Shown: positions 10,200 to 19,608 of the stretch, piece after piece
How the letters are laid out: each line of letters begins with the position of its first letter
Numbering within the stretch: position 1 is the first letter of the stretch
Source: a virus
Strand: one strand, 5' to 3'
IMG/VR virus record: IMGVR_UViG_3300030004_000003
Span: 2,893-66,892 of that record
Length of the DNA stretch: 64,000 nucleotides
Translations under genes and position numbers: made by a program
The notes under the pieces: model-generated
Seen by the model: the letters and a program-made list of their open reading frames with translations, nothing else
What the model was told of the DNA's origin: nothing
Database searches by the model: none

Positions 10200-10877
10200 A
10201 TGAATCAAAAATCCCGACTCTTATTTATCATTGGAGCTGCAGCCGCTTCCTTCCTTCTCAACTGTTTTGTTGGATGCGCGCCCGTTCAGCCCTCACTCCC
10301 GCTCGCTGCTTCCCATGTTGCCTTGGATCAATCTGTAGCAAATGCTCAGAGTGATCAGCACAGAGCGGTCGTCGAGGCTGCAAAACTCGCTGCCAGCGAC
10401 AAGAACCCTGCTGATCATCAGGAGATAGTCGATCTTCAGTCCACTATTAATGACCTTGGTGGGAAGCTGAACGCCGTCACTGGTCAGGTTCAGTGGTACG
10501 AGGTTCAGTACGCCAAGACCTATAATGATGACTCTGATACTCATGTGAATCTCATCCATGCCATCGACTACGGAAATAATGAGCATAAGGCTCATGTGGC
10601 TGCCGACAAGCGAGCCGATGTGGTGATCTATGCGTTCGCTATCTGGGCCGCTTTCATTGCCGTTGGGCTCTGGGGGGAAACCGTTGGCAGGCTTCTGAAA
10701 AGCTGCCCTATTGGGCCTATCGCCGCCGTTGCCGTGGCTGCACCCGTCATTGTCTTTGTGGCTGCTTTTTCGGCCGCCTACGCCTTCGCCTACTATGTGC
10801 TGACGTGGTTGGGCCAGTTTCTTCCCGACTTCTCGGGAGCCATCCCGTCGATCGGGCACCTCTTTCATCGCTTATGA
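10200..10877 (+). CDS. Lipoprotein with coiled coil and C-terminal TM helices (spanin-like)
   Basis: Signal peptide ending FVGC, helical middle, two hydrophobic C-terminal segments. Confidence 0.55.
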   Translation: MNQKSRLLFIIGAAAASFLLNCFVGCAPVQPSLPLAASHVALDQSVANAQSDQHRAVVEAAKLAASDKNPADHQEIVDLQSTINDLGGKLNAVTGQVQWYEVQYAKTYNDDSDTHVNLIHAIDYGNNEHKAHVAADKRADVVIYAFAIWAAFIAVGLWGETVGRLLKSCPIGPIAAVAVAAPVIVFVAAFSAAYAFAYYVLTWLGQFLPDFSGAIPSIGHLFHRL

Positions 10878-11158
10878 ATGCGCTGACGTACCTCAAGTCG
10901 ATGTTCGCCACCCTCGATGGGCAGGGACCATCGTTTGTCCGCTGGCTGCTCTTTTTGGGTGTTGCTCCCTTCATGGCGATTGCATGGGAAGAGGTATTCT
11001 ACTTTGCCGTTGCTCACAAGTTCGTTGCGATTGATGGCAATGTGGTCGCCCTTGCCACGGCGATAGGCGGCATCTTGAGCGTCAATTTCGGCTTTGCTCG
11101 TTATCAGGAGAGCAAGGAGATCCAGTCCAATCAATCCCCACAACCACCACAACAATGA
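10874..11158 (+). CDS. Putative holin (2 TM)
   Basis: Two hydrophobic helices, ATGA-coupled directly to the endolysin. Confidence 0.6.
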   Translation: MNALTYLKSMFATLDGQGPSFVRWLLFLGVAPFMAIAWEEVFYFAVAHKFVAIDGNVVALATAIGGILSVNFGFARYQESKEIQSNQSPQPPQQ

Positions 11159-11775
11159 TACCCGACCTCAAAGCCCTCTGGGACTCGTTCCTCATCACGG
11201 ACCTTGAACGCTTCAAGCAGCCCGTAGCGGCCATCCTTGCAGCCAGAGACCGGTATGCAGCCGTGGCTGAGACAACCGGGGTGCCCTGGCAGGTGATCGG
11301 CGTGATCCACCAGCGCGAGTGCAGTGGTGATTTTAACTGCCACCTCCACAATGGGGATCCTCTCGCGGCTCGGACGGTTGATGAGCCTGCCGGTCGCCCT
11401 ACGGCTGGCAATCCTCCTTTCACCTGGGATGTCTCCGCCGTGGATGCTCTGAGCTATGACGGCTTTCTGCATCTTGATCTTTGGAGTGATGTCCCAACGG
11501 CCCTCTATCGCATTGAGCGATTCAATGGGCTTGGCTATCGCAGCCACAATCTTCTGTCTCCCTACATCTGGGCAGGGACCGACCGGTACACAAAAGGCAA
11601 GTACGGTTCGGATGGTCACTTTGATCCTGAGCTCGTGGATCAGCAGCCTGGATGTGCTGGTATGCTGAGGCTTCTCAGCTTCGGCGTGGTGCCTAATGCT
11701 GATCCAACACCTTCTGTCGCTCCAGGAGGGGTGGTAATTACTCCGGAATTTGGTGCTCAGGAGACAATTTCATGA
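11155..11775 (+). CDS. Endolysin, lysozyme-like family
   Basis: GVPWQVIGVIHQRECSGDF..HLHNGDP..ERFNGLGY..SPYIWAGT..GKY..DGHFD motifs of COG5526-type lysozyme-like proteins. Confidence 0.8.
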   Translation: MIPDLKALWDSFLITDLERFKQPVAAILAARDRYAAVAETTGVPWQVIGVIHQRECSGDFNCHLHNGDPLAARTVDEPAGRPTAGNPPFTWDVSAVDALSYDGFLHLDLWSDVPTALYRIERFNGLGYRSHNLLSPYIWAGTDRYTKGKYGSDGHFDPELVDQQPGCAGMLRLLSFGVVPNADPTPSVAPGGVVITPEFGAQETIS

Positions 11776-12054
11776 GGTATCAATCTGCCATCTAGCCATG
11801 TGCCAGGTGATCTATTGCATGACCGGCAAGAGGCGCGTGAGGGAAGGGGCGCATTGTCAGGAATGCAATGGATTTCATCATCCCCTCGATGCTGGCACGC
11901 CGCCGCTGATTGCCAGCATCAGGACAGTCGCCCACATGCTTCATCATGACGAGATCTCGGCCCGTGATGCCGCTCTAACGCTCTTTCTGCTGACTGATCC
12001 GCGTTGCGATGAGCCGGAACCTCGTCGGCATGATTGACGAACGGAACTATTGAT

Positions 12055-12465
12055 ATGGCCCGCACAAAGCAAAAACTCATTTTGTTTTCGGAGGATGTGA
12101 TTCCGGAATTTCCAAGCATCAAGCTTGCTGTTTTGAGGGATACGCAAGAATGGGCGCTCGTGTTATACAGGAATGGAAAATGGCAATGCCATGGACGGCG
12201 CGTTCGTATCAGGTGGTGGATCAATCTCTTTCTTCCGTATGACCTTCCAGGACTGAAAGGGCGCTTAGTATCCAAATCCGAATCTGAGCAAGCCCTCCAA
12301 GATATTTCTGATGCTTTCGCTGGCTATAATAAATATCTAGCCAGTTCTCAGCCTCATCAATCTTTTCGACGCAATAAGAAGGCATCTTCTGCTGCGGTGA
12401 AGCCAGAGCGCGGCGATACCGGCGTGTTGCCTCGGGATCGTTCTGTCCGCCACCATCGGAAATAA
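12055..12465 (+). CDS. Hypothetical protein
   Basis: In-frame ATG 12055 preceded by TTGAC at -21 with GATATGGC context. Confidence 0.45.
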   Translation: MARTKQKLILFSEDVIPEFPSIKLAVLRDTQEWALVLYRNGKWQCHGRRVRIRWWINLFLPYDLPGLKGRLVSKSESEQALQDISDAFAGYNKYLASSQPHQSFRRNKKASSAAVKPERGDTGVLPRDRSVRHHRK

Positions 12466-12502
12466 GTTTCTCAATGTCGCGAATTGATTCCTTGGCAGTC
12501 AT
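12221..12502 (-). CDS. Hypothetical protein (overlaps the plus-strand ORF)
   Basis: 93-aa ORF following 12518..13192 on the same strand. Confidence 0.4.
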   Translation of the reverse strand: MTAKESIRDIEKLISDGGGQNDPEATRRYRRALASPQQKMPSYCVEKIDEAENWLDIYYSQRKHQKYLGGLAQIRIWILSALSVLEGHTEERD

Positions 12503-12517
12503 TGGGTGAAATAGCCC

Positions 12518-13192
12518 TTATTGCCGATCCTGTTTGGGTACGAAGTATTTGTAGATCTGGCCGATGATTGGGATCCAGAGGATAACGCCAACGATAATCA
12601 TGCCGAAGTGGGATCCGCTACCAGTGCCTACGGCCATGTTGTCATAAATTTTCCACATTCCATTCAAAATCAGAGCGAAGGAAATGATGCTCAGTATAAT
12701 AGCGATTCCGAGTCCGTGCCTGTCTTGGTAGCCGTCGTTCTTTACGCCTCCAATGATCCTGTTCACGCGGTTTCTGAAGCTTGTGGGACCACTGCGAGAG
12801 TCAAATAGTGCAGCGGGGCTGGTAACAATGATGATCGGGCCAATAACCCATCCAATGACGGGTATGAACAGACAGATGATTCCGATTATGATGAGGCGGC
12901 CCATGGTTCCAAATCTATATGCCCAAGTGGCCTGTCCTTCGCCTTCCATGTAGGCTGCAATGTATTGGCGGTCAATGGCGGCTTGTTTGGAGCTCTGTTG
13001 GGCGTTCAGGGGAAGATCGTTCTTCTGAACCTCTTGATGTGGGTAGAGGACTTTTACCAACGTATCCCAGTTCGCGCAGTGCATGTTCTTCGCCTCGTCA
13101 TTGAGCGTCACGCGTCCCTCGATCACCATGTCCTCCACGAACTCCTTTTCAAATGGCCCGTAGATCTCGTTGTTGCGACGGATGAGAATCAT
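12518..13192 (-). CDS. GYF_2/DUF4339-like domain membrane protein
   Basis: N-terminal IYGPF..V..M..EGR...W pattern plus about 4 TM segments. Confidence 0.6.
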   Translation of the reverse strand: MILIRRNNEIYGPFEKEFVEDMVIEGRVTLNDEAKNMHCANWDTLVKVLYPHQEVQKNDLPLNAQQSSKQAAIDRQYIAAYMEGEGQATWAYRFGTMGRLIIIGIICLFIPVIGWVIGPIIIVTSPAALFDSRSGPTSFRNRVNRIIGGVKNDGYQDRHGLGIAIILSIISFALILNGMWKIYDNMAVGTGSGSHFGMIIVGVILWIPIIGQIYKYFVPKQDRQ

Positions 13193-13443
13193 TGGTTTTT
13201 CGGCGGGAATTTTTTACCAAGTTCAGGAGGGGCTTCCGCGAGTTGCGCGATGCTAATTTCTCGAACTAGTCGTTTGTGATGTTCGGGAAGAGTTGATTCC
13301 ACGAAATCTAGATGTCGCTCTATCCCCTCCCTAATAAATTTCCGGACGGTTTCCTTGCCGGTTAATAGCGACAAGATTCTTGCGCGATCCCACATGGGTG
13401 CAGGAATGCTCACGCTTTGCATAGGCGGCTTTACTTCCTTCAT
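13189..13443 (-). CDS. Putative ribbon-helix-helix repressor
   Basis: QSVSIPAPMWDRARILS..TVRKFIREGIERHL pattern. Confidence 0.55.
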   Translation of the reverse strand: MKEVKPPMQSVSIPAPMWDRARILSLLTGKETVRKFIREGIERHLDFVESTLPEHHKRLVREISIAQLAEAPPELGKKFPPKNQ

Positions 13444-13545
13444 GGAATTACAATCTTAACAAATTGTGAAATTGTCAATTTATAAAAAATATGAGAATGG
13501 AAAAAAGATTTGACGCGATTTGAAAAAATGGATTTATTACACGCA
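13443..13545. promoter_or_regulatory. Divergent sigma70-type promoters, probably leaderless
   Basis: TTGACA (minus, 13478) and TTGACG (plus, 13510), each 35 nt upstream of its ATG; AT-rich. Confidence 0.6.
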
Positions 13546-13745
13546 TGCCCGTTTCAAAAACCCCCCAAGGATCCAAGAAATCAAAGGTTGAAGCAGATGA
13601 GCAGCGCTCAAAGTCGAGTGGCGTTTCTCTCCCTCATGCGGTTTATAAAGCCGCTCGGAGCCGCGCCTTCCGCAGGGAGATGAGTTTCAGTGCCCACATT
13701 TGCGATCTCATTATGAAAGATCTCAAACTCGAATCTGCTCGGTAA
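13545..13745 (+). CDS. Putative Arc-like ribbon-helix-helix regulator
   Basis: SSGVSLPHAVYKAARSRAFRREMSFSAHICDLI pattern. Confidence 0.6.
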   Translation: MPVSKTPQGSKKSKVEADEQRSKSSGVSLPHAVYKAARSRAFRREMSFSAHICDLIMKDLKLESAR

Positions 13746-13766
13746 TTTTTTCTCTCAACTCTCCCC

Positions 13767-14033
13767 GTGATGCCCACCACGCAAGCCCCCACCCAAGACG
13801 CCCCTCGCGTCCGTTCCAAAATCTCTCGACGCATGAAGGATACGCTCCTTCACCTCGGCCGGGAGCGTCCGATCATTGTCACTCTCGACATGAATGCCGG
13901 TACGGTTTCCGTCAGGCTCCTTGGCTGCCGTAATGCACGGCTCTACTTTGCGAGTGATCTTGCCCGGTTCCCGACTGCAACGCCGCAGCTTGGGCTTCCA
14001 TTGTCATTCATTGGCGATGAGGAGGGGAAATGA
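13767..14033 (+). CDS. Hypothetical early protein
   Basis: 88-aa ORF coupled to the xis-like gene. Confidence 0.5.
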   Translation: MMPTTQAPTQDAPRVRSKISRRMKDTLLHLGRERPIIVTLDMNAGTVSVRLLGCRNARLYFASDLARFPTATPQLGLPLSFIGDEEGK

Positions 14034-14308
14034 GCGCCATTGAATTACTGAAAAAGGGGGAGCTTGCCAACGCCATGGGGGCCTCTCCTGGCTATGTCTC
14101 CGGTATGATTAGGAAGGGGTACAAAATGGAATATGGCACCCGCACCACCCTGGAACATGCCCTGGCTTGGCGCGCCGCTAATCCAAATTTTCGACTGGTG
14201 GATGCTTATCCCTCCATGGTCTCGAAACCTAAGACTTCAGGGCATCCGTGCAAGCGGTCAAATCGGAAGCCTTTAATCTCTGGTAAATCGCGTGGACCTG
14301 CTCACTAG
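14030..14308 (+). CDS. Excisionase-like HTH protein
   Basis: LLKKGELANAMGASPGYVSGM HTH; convergent with and overlapping the integrase 3' end. Confidence 0.55.
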   Translation: MSAIELLKKGELANAMGASPGYVSGMIRKGYKMEYGTRTTLEHALAWRAANPNFRLVDAYPSMVSKPKTSGHPCKRSNRKPLISGKSRGPAH

Positions 14309-15257
14309 AATGACCAATAAACCTCATCGTCTGCTGCTCATTGATTCCGGCTCTTGCCAGTCTGGTGATTGCGCTCACGCGAGTGGAATGGAAGGTCATT
14401 CCCTCAATACCAAGATTTTTAAAAATCCGGCTCCAGTCTCTGGAGGCATTGCGGGTGAAGTTCCAAGTGACGGTCTTCTTCTTCCGTTTGAGGTTTTGAA
14501 GCAAGAGTTTGATAGTGGGATTCAGGGCGGTCGTATGCCTTTTGCCCCCCTTAAGCGTGAGGGTAACTGTGTTGTTCTTAAAATCGACATCGCGAAGCGG
14601 AAAGGAGGTCTCAGCGAGGCGGCATCCCTGGGCCCAGGCAATCCTCCAGGAGATCTGAGCCCACTCGGGGAGGGTGGGGAGCTTTCGCCAGATGATGGCA
14701 AGCTGCACGTCGGAAAACTCCTGCTTCTGGTGTGGTGCGTCTTTTTTAAGGCCGAGTTTGGCGGCGGGATTGGTGACGATCCAAGTCATCGCGACGGCCT
14801 CGTTGAGAATTTTCCGCAGGATCACCAGGTCATGAATGGCGGTATTGCGTCCGGCGCCCTCTCTGATCTTCACTCCGTTCTCAATGCCCTGCCGCCAGTT
14901 CAAATACTCGTGGCAGTGTTCCCTGCGGATCTGCTCTGCAGTGCGAATCCCCTTCAAGGTGAAAAACTCCAGCAGCCATTTCCAAGCGAGAGAATAGCTT
15001 TCAAGGGTCTGTTCTTGTTTGATGTAGGTGGAAGTAATCCATGGCTGCACCCATTTGGAGAGGTGGCGATCGTTTCTCTCGGAGGGAGCAGCATTGCGCT
15101 CAATTACCTCCTTTTCGGCCTTCTTCTTTCGAGCCTCTCGGGTCTCGGCCACGGATCTCCATTTCAAGCCGGTCGATTCTTGTTGCGTCGTTCCCGAGGA
15201 ATCAATGTATTTTATCCACCAGAACGGCGATCTGTCTCTTTTGTAAAGCGATGCCAT
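14229..15257 (-). CDS. int: Tyrosine recombinase / integrase
   Basis: GCRLAE (R), LKGG (K), FHSTR (HxxR), GHS (H), AIYQ (Y); likely start MASLYKR at 15257. Confidence 0.92.
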   Translation of the reverse strand: MASLYKRDRSPFWWIKYIDSSGTTQQESTGLKWRSVAETREARKKKAEKEVIERNAAPSERNDRHLSKWVQPWITSTYIKQEQTLESYSLAWKWLLEFFTLKGIRTAEQIRREHCHEYLNWRQGIENGVKIREGAGRNTAIHDLVILRKILNEAVAMTWIVTNPAAKLGLKKDAPHQKQEFSDVQLAIIWRKLPTLPEWAQISWRIAWAQGCRLAETSFPLRDVDFKNNTVTLTLKGGKRHTTALNPTIKLLLQNLKRKKKTVTWNFTRNASRDWSRIFKNLGIEGMTFHSTRVSAITRLARAGINEQQTMRFIGHSSEQVHAIYQRLKASDLTACTDALKS

Positions 15258-15434
15258 AGTGTAGCTAGTGTAGCTAAAAAGCAAAAACCAGCAAGAAGCA
15301 ACACTAAGAATACAGAGAAGCCAATAAGTTTCCAAAAGAGAAACCGTTATTCATGGTTCGAATCCATGCGGGGTAGCCACTACTTTGAAAGAGAGAATAG
15401 GTCATCTTTTGAGAGTGTAGCTTCGAGTGTAGCG
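15258..15434 (+). other. attP: tRNA 3'-half core (about 15343-15379) with flanking arm-type repeats
   Basis: CATGG-TTCGAAT-CCATG-CGGGGTA-G-CCA; AGTGTAGC(T/G) at 15258, 15267, 15414 and 15426. Confidence 0.85.
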
Positions 15435-15469
15435 ATTTGCTCCTCGACTGTTGAAGGGGGGGTACTCTG

Positions 15470-16243
15470 ATGGAAGAGCCCCGTCCACGCGTTCCAGGGC
15501 TGAATATGGCTCTGACTGAGGAGGAAATCCTCCTTTCCGATGAGGAGCCTTCAGTTTTTGAAGAAAATTCTTCGGGTGTTGAATCTGATTATGAGGGGCA
15601 TGTTGTTCGTCAAAATGCCCTGTATGCCCTCTCTTTTGAGGAGTTTGAGGCAGGGCTGACTCCCGAGGAGAGAGCGAAGCTTATCGCCAGTGGAGCAATG
15701 AGTCATGCCTCTCCCGATATTGAGGATTACAAGGCTTACGCCAAGAAGAAGGAGTTGCTCGGAGTGACGAAGGACGCCGCCGAGAGTTCTCTGGCTAGTT
15801 ATTCCACGGATCTCGCAGGAGCCGTTGATAAGGTCGCGGATGAGTTGCTGGAGCTCGGGGTGCCTCGCGAGGTAGCCGTAAAGGTTGCTGTGTGGCATGA
15901 GGCCCGGCTTTCCCGTGAGGCAGAGGCCCGTAAGGCTGCCTTAATCGTCAAATTCGCCGGAGTTTTTCTCGGCTGCTCGAATGTGCGTCTGATGGCTGCC
16001 GCCCTGGCGTATTCCGCCGATCTGGCCCTGACCTATGGCATGGGGACGATGACGGAATGGGGTCGCCAACACGGTCTTTCCCGTTCGGCGGTGAGCAAGG
16101 TCTCGAATTGGTGGAAGAGGGAACTTGGGCTGCCTGGAGGCAGTCACATGGAAGAGGAAAAAACCTGCCAAGCACTTAGCGAGGCACAAAAAAAGAAACA
16201 TTGGAGGAAACAAAAATATGGAAATAAGTCTGTTGGGAAATGA
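15470..16243 (+). CDS. Protein with C-terminal HTH (possible transcription regulator)
   Basis: TMTEWGRQHGLSRSAVSKVSNWWKRELGL. Confidence 0.55.
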   Translation: MEEPRPRVPGLNMALTEEEILLSDEEPSVFEENSSGVESDYEGHVVRQNALYALSFEEFEAGLTPEERAKLIASGAMSHASPDIEDYKAYAKKKELLGVTKDAAESSLASYSTDLAGAVDKVADELLELGVPREVAVKVAVWHEARLSREAEARKAALIVKFAGVFLGCSNVRLMAAALAYSADLALTYGMGTMTEWGRQHGLSRSAVSKVSNWWKRELGLPGGSHMEEEKTCQALSEAQKKKHWRKQKYGNKSVGK

Positions 16244-16877
16244 AGCTCCCGCGCTGAAGTGGGAGGATAACGGGGTAACGATTCCCGAGGAGACGACGGT
16301 GACGGAGCTGGAGGCAGTCCTCCGGAACTTCGCCGCATGGCGCTCTGTGGAATCGGTGGCTCTCTCTGATATTCTCGCGTTTGCGGATCGCAAGGGGATG
16401 CTGGAGCAGCTTCACCCCGTTTTTGAGGAGTGTGATCTCTCACCTGTCGATGTGGGCAAGGCTCTCGCAATCTCCAATGTGCCTCGTGGTCTGCGTCACG
16501 AAAAGCTGACTGCTGAACACTATCTTGTGGTCTCGCAGTTGCTCTACCCCGAACAGACCCGATGGCTCCAAGATGCCGTGCGGTACAAGCTGACCGGGCT
16601 GCAACTGAAGCGTTCGATCGAGGTAGGTCGTGTGCTTAAAAAAGATGAGATGGAGGAGCTCTCCGGGCGTGGCAGTGGCATCGCTAATTATCACGCTGCT
16701 GTGAGTCAGTGGCAGCGTTGGAAGACGCGTTTGGGTGGTGTGATGGCAATCATCGCTTGGCCTACCCCTATTCTGGAAAAATGGTTGGTTGAGGTTCAGG
16801 AGGTAGGCGCTGACATCATCGCCGCCGAGGCGGAACTCAAGAAGCGCAAGTCCCTTACTGAGGGAGGTGCAAAATGA
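16218..16877 (+). CDS. Hypothetical phage protein
   Basis: In-frame ATG 16218; coupled operon. Confidence 0.55.
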   Translation: MEISLLGNEAPALKWEDNGVTIPEETTVTELEAVLRNFAAWRSVESVALSDILAFADRKGMLEQLHPVFEECDLSPVDVGKALAISNVPRGLRHEKLTAEHYLVVSQLLYPEQTRWLQDAVRYKLTGLQLKRSIEVGRVLKKDEMEELSGRGSGIANYHAAVSQWQRWKTRLGGVMAIIAWPTPILEKWLVEVQEVGADIIAAEAELKKRKSLTEGGAK

Positions 16878-18344
16878 ATATCCCTGCTCCTGCTGGTCCA
16901 TCTGCGGCCACGATGTTCACTCCCTATTGTTTTGCTACTGTTCCGGGTGGGATTCCTTGTAAGGGGCCTTCAATCAGAGGGTTTTTGGAAGGATTTAGGG
17001 GAGTTGTTGGTAGTGGCAAGCATCACCGTATCACTAAGACCGGTCCAATCGACATCGCCGGTCGGGAATACTCCGTCCAGGAGGATGGATCTCTCTTCAA
17101 TGTCTCGCGCATCAAGAGCGGGCGGTATGCCCGTTCTGCAGAGCGGCGGTTTCGTCACCGTTTCGGCAAGAAGGCTCTCAAAGCCACGCTGCGTGAGCGG
17201 TTCGCTGAAGTTAGTAAGGAACTCAAGAAAGGAGGTGCGGCATGAGTGAGGGGAATACCGATAAAGCTGAAACCGGAAAGCTGAAGGCTGAGTCAGAGGG
17301 CGAAGGGTTGAAAGCGAAGACTGCTGCGGATCGCACCAAGTCGATGCTGATGGCCAAAGCTGCTGCCTGCTACGCCTATGCTGCCGCGCGGCAGTTCCAG
17401 TATGGAGATCGGTGTCTGGATGATGCACTTCCTCCCGAGGAATGGCCTTATGAGGCTGATTTGTGGACGATCGGGGTCACTGCTCACTACACGCTTGTGC
17501 AGGCAGGAAATTGGATTTTTCTCGCTGCGACTCATGATGATCCAGGCGGAGAGAAAATTCCCTCCGGGGATAAAGTGGATCTCAAGCCGCTCTCTGCTGC
17601 CGACGCGAGTGTGGATCCTGATCTTTTTCTCGCTCGAACTCGTCTGCTTAAGTTTGGAGATGTTCTGGCTGAGGGGGATTTTGTCAAACATTCCCGCCTT
17701 GGTGATTGGGTGCCGGTTCTGCCTGATCACTATGGGAAAATTATCCCTCGCTTCAACGGTTGGTACCGGCGTCCATTCGAAGGAATCGAAGGAGGTGAGA
17801 AGTAATGAACGCTATCACTCCTCAGCAGTTTATCGGCACACTCATCAGCGTTGTGGTCTGGTTGTTGGTCTGGCATTTCCTGCTGTTTCCTCTTGTGGAG
17901 TGGATCAGGAAAGTTGGTTCTCCTTTACGCTGGTGGATTGATCGGAGAGTTGAGGAGGAATACCCCGATCTGGTCGCTGAGTTGATCTATCTCCGGCGGG
18001 AGTCGGAGGTAAGCGCGGAGTGGCGCAGTGAATCAACAGGGCTTCGCGCTCAACTGCAGCTTGTTATGACGGAGAATCAGGCTCTCAAGCATGAAAATGG
18101 GATGCTGAGGGGAGCCTTAACTCTCCCGAAGTCAGCAATCAGCAGTCAGGAATCAGAGGGGGGCATCGCGAGTGGCTCAGTCTTTTTCAGGCAGTCGCTT
18201 GGAGAACCGTGGAAGGAAGAGCCGAAGTCGCGGCCTGGATTTCGGAGTTTCAGGGCTGGGGAATTGCCTGCCTCTGATGAGGAACTCGCCCGTCGTGAGT
18301 ATCTCAAGAATCCCGACAGTCTTCTCGGTGAACACGGTCCCTAG
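16874..18344 (+). CDS. Three coupled hypothetical ORFs (16874-17245, 17242-17805, 17805-18344)
   Basis: GGAGG Shine-Dalgarno sites and ATGA/TAATG overlaps. Confidence 0.6.
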
Positions 18345-18427
18345 AGGCTATTTCCACTAAATTTTAATCAAACAAGTCAATCATCATAAAACAAAATCAT
18401 TAATATAACACAAAATCTCACATTGTC

Positions 18428-19576
18428 ATGAATTCAACTCTTTCTTCTCGCGGCATGGCCGCAGGCACCCTTGGTGGTTCCCAAATTCACCCCTCTCATG
18501 CCCCTCATTCAGTACCTGCGTTACAGGCGTTTCCTGATCATCTGCATGTGGTGACGGCTATTGCCAATCCCGCTCGCTACAAGTCGCGTTATCGCCTCTA
18601 CAGGGCCTTTGCAAAACAGGTGGAAGATGCTGGTGCCATCCTAACCACAGTGGAATGTGCCTTTGGAGGCCGTCCCTTTGAGGTCACTGACGAGTGGAAT
18701 CCCCGCCATATCCAGGTCCGCTCTAATGACGAGCTCTGGTTCAAGGAAAACCTTCTTAATATCGGAATATCGCGGCTTCCATCGGATGCCAAATATGTAG
18801 CAGTCGTGGATGCGGACATCATGTTCTTCCGCCCAGATTGGGCGCAGGAGACCATCCAAAAGCTCCAGCATTATTCCGCAGTGCAGATGTTCTCCACGAT
18901 CACTTATCTCGATCCTGTGAATGAACCGATTAATACGCGGGTTGGATTTGCCGAGCGGTGGATGAGAGGAGAGGTTTTTCACACGCTTGGAGGGGATGTT
19001 CAAAACCCCATTTTCCACCATCGTGCCACAGGGGTGCGTGGTCTCGCAGTCACGGATTCCTGCTGTTCATCCTACGATGAAGGAAGTGGGATGATGCCCT
19101 CGAATTCTAAGCCAAAGGATAGCTGGGGGCCTCCGGGTGGTGCATGGGCCTACCGTCGCGATGCCCTTGATGCCGCTGGTGGTCTGATTGATTTTTGTAT
19201 TCTTGGATCGGCAGACTGGTTTATGGCAGCAGCCAAGGCTGGATTCCTTGCCGCCGCACTTCCTAAATCCTATTCCCCGGGGTTTCGTGCGGCGCTTCAG
19301 GAATGGGGTGAGCGGGCGAGGGAGGCTTTCCGTAAAAACATCGGCGTGGTCTCGGGCGGAGCAGTGCATTACTGGCATGGGAAGATGGCCGAGAGGCGCT
19401 ACGGCGAGAGGGAGGCAATCCTGCGTGATACCGCGTTCAACCCTTCTGTTCATCTCCGCAAAGATTCTCAAGGGCTCTACCGCCTTCGCGACGCCGGTGA
19501 TGAGAATTTCATCAGACTCCGCGACGACATTCGGGCGTATTTCGCTGGGCGCAACGAAGACTCCATCGATGCCTGA
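18428..19576 (+). CDS. GT-A fold glycosyltransferase-like protein
   Basis: WFKENLLNIG..YVAVVDADIMF (DxD), GGAWAYRR, ILGSAD, HYWHG motifs. Confidence 0.7.
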   Translation: MNSTLSSRGMAAGTLGGSQIHPSHAPHSVPALQAFPDHLHVVTAIANPARYKSRYRLYRAFAKQVEDAGAILTTVECAFGGRPFEVTDEWNPRHIQVRSNDELWFKENLLNIGISRLPSDAKYVAVVDADIMFFRPDWAQETIQKLQHYSAVQMFSTITYLDPVNEPINTRVGFAERWMRGEVFHTLGGDVQNPIFHHRATGVRGLAVTDSCCSSYDEGSGMMPSNSKPKDSWGPPGGAWAYRRDALDAAGGLIDFCILGSADWFMAAAKAGFLAAALPKSYSPGFRAALQEWGERAREAFRKNIGVVSGGAVHYWHGKMAERRYGEREAILRDTAFNPSVHLRKDSQGLYRLRDAGDENFIRLRDDIRAYFAGRNEDSIDA

Positions 19577-19608
19577 TTTACCAACGAACATTAACCAACT
19601 AATTTATC

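Noticed and set aside
15343-15379. Complete tRNA gene
   Set aside because: Only the 3' half is present; interpreted as the attP core
14292-15470. 392-aa plus-strand ORF
   Set aside because: Antisense shadow of the integrase
10167-15470. ATGAC at 10167 and TTGAA at 15451 as further copies of the TTGAC element
   Set aside because: Mismatched core and off-consensus spacing (33 and 19 nt)
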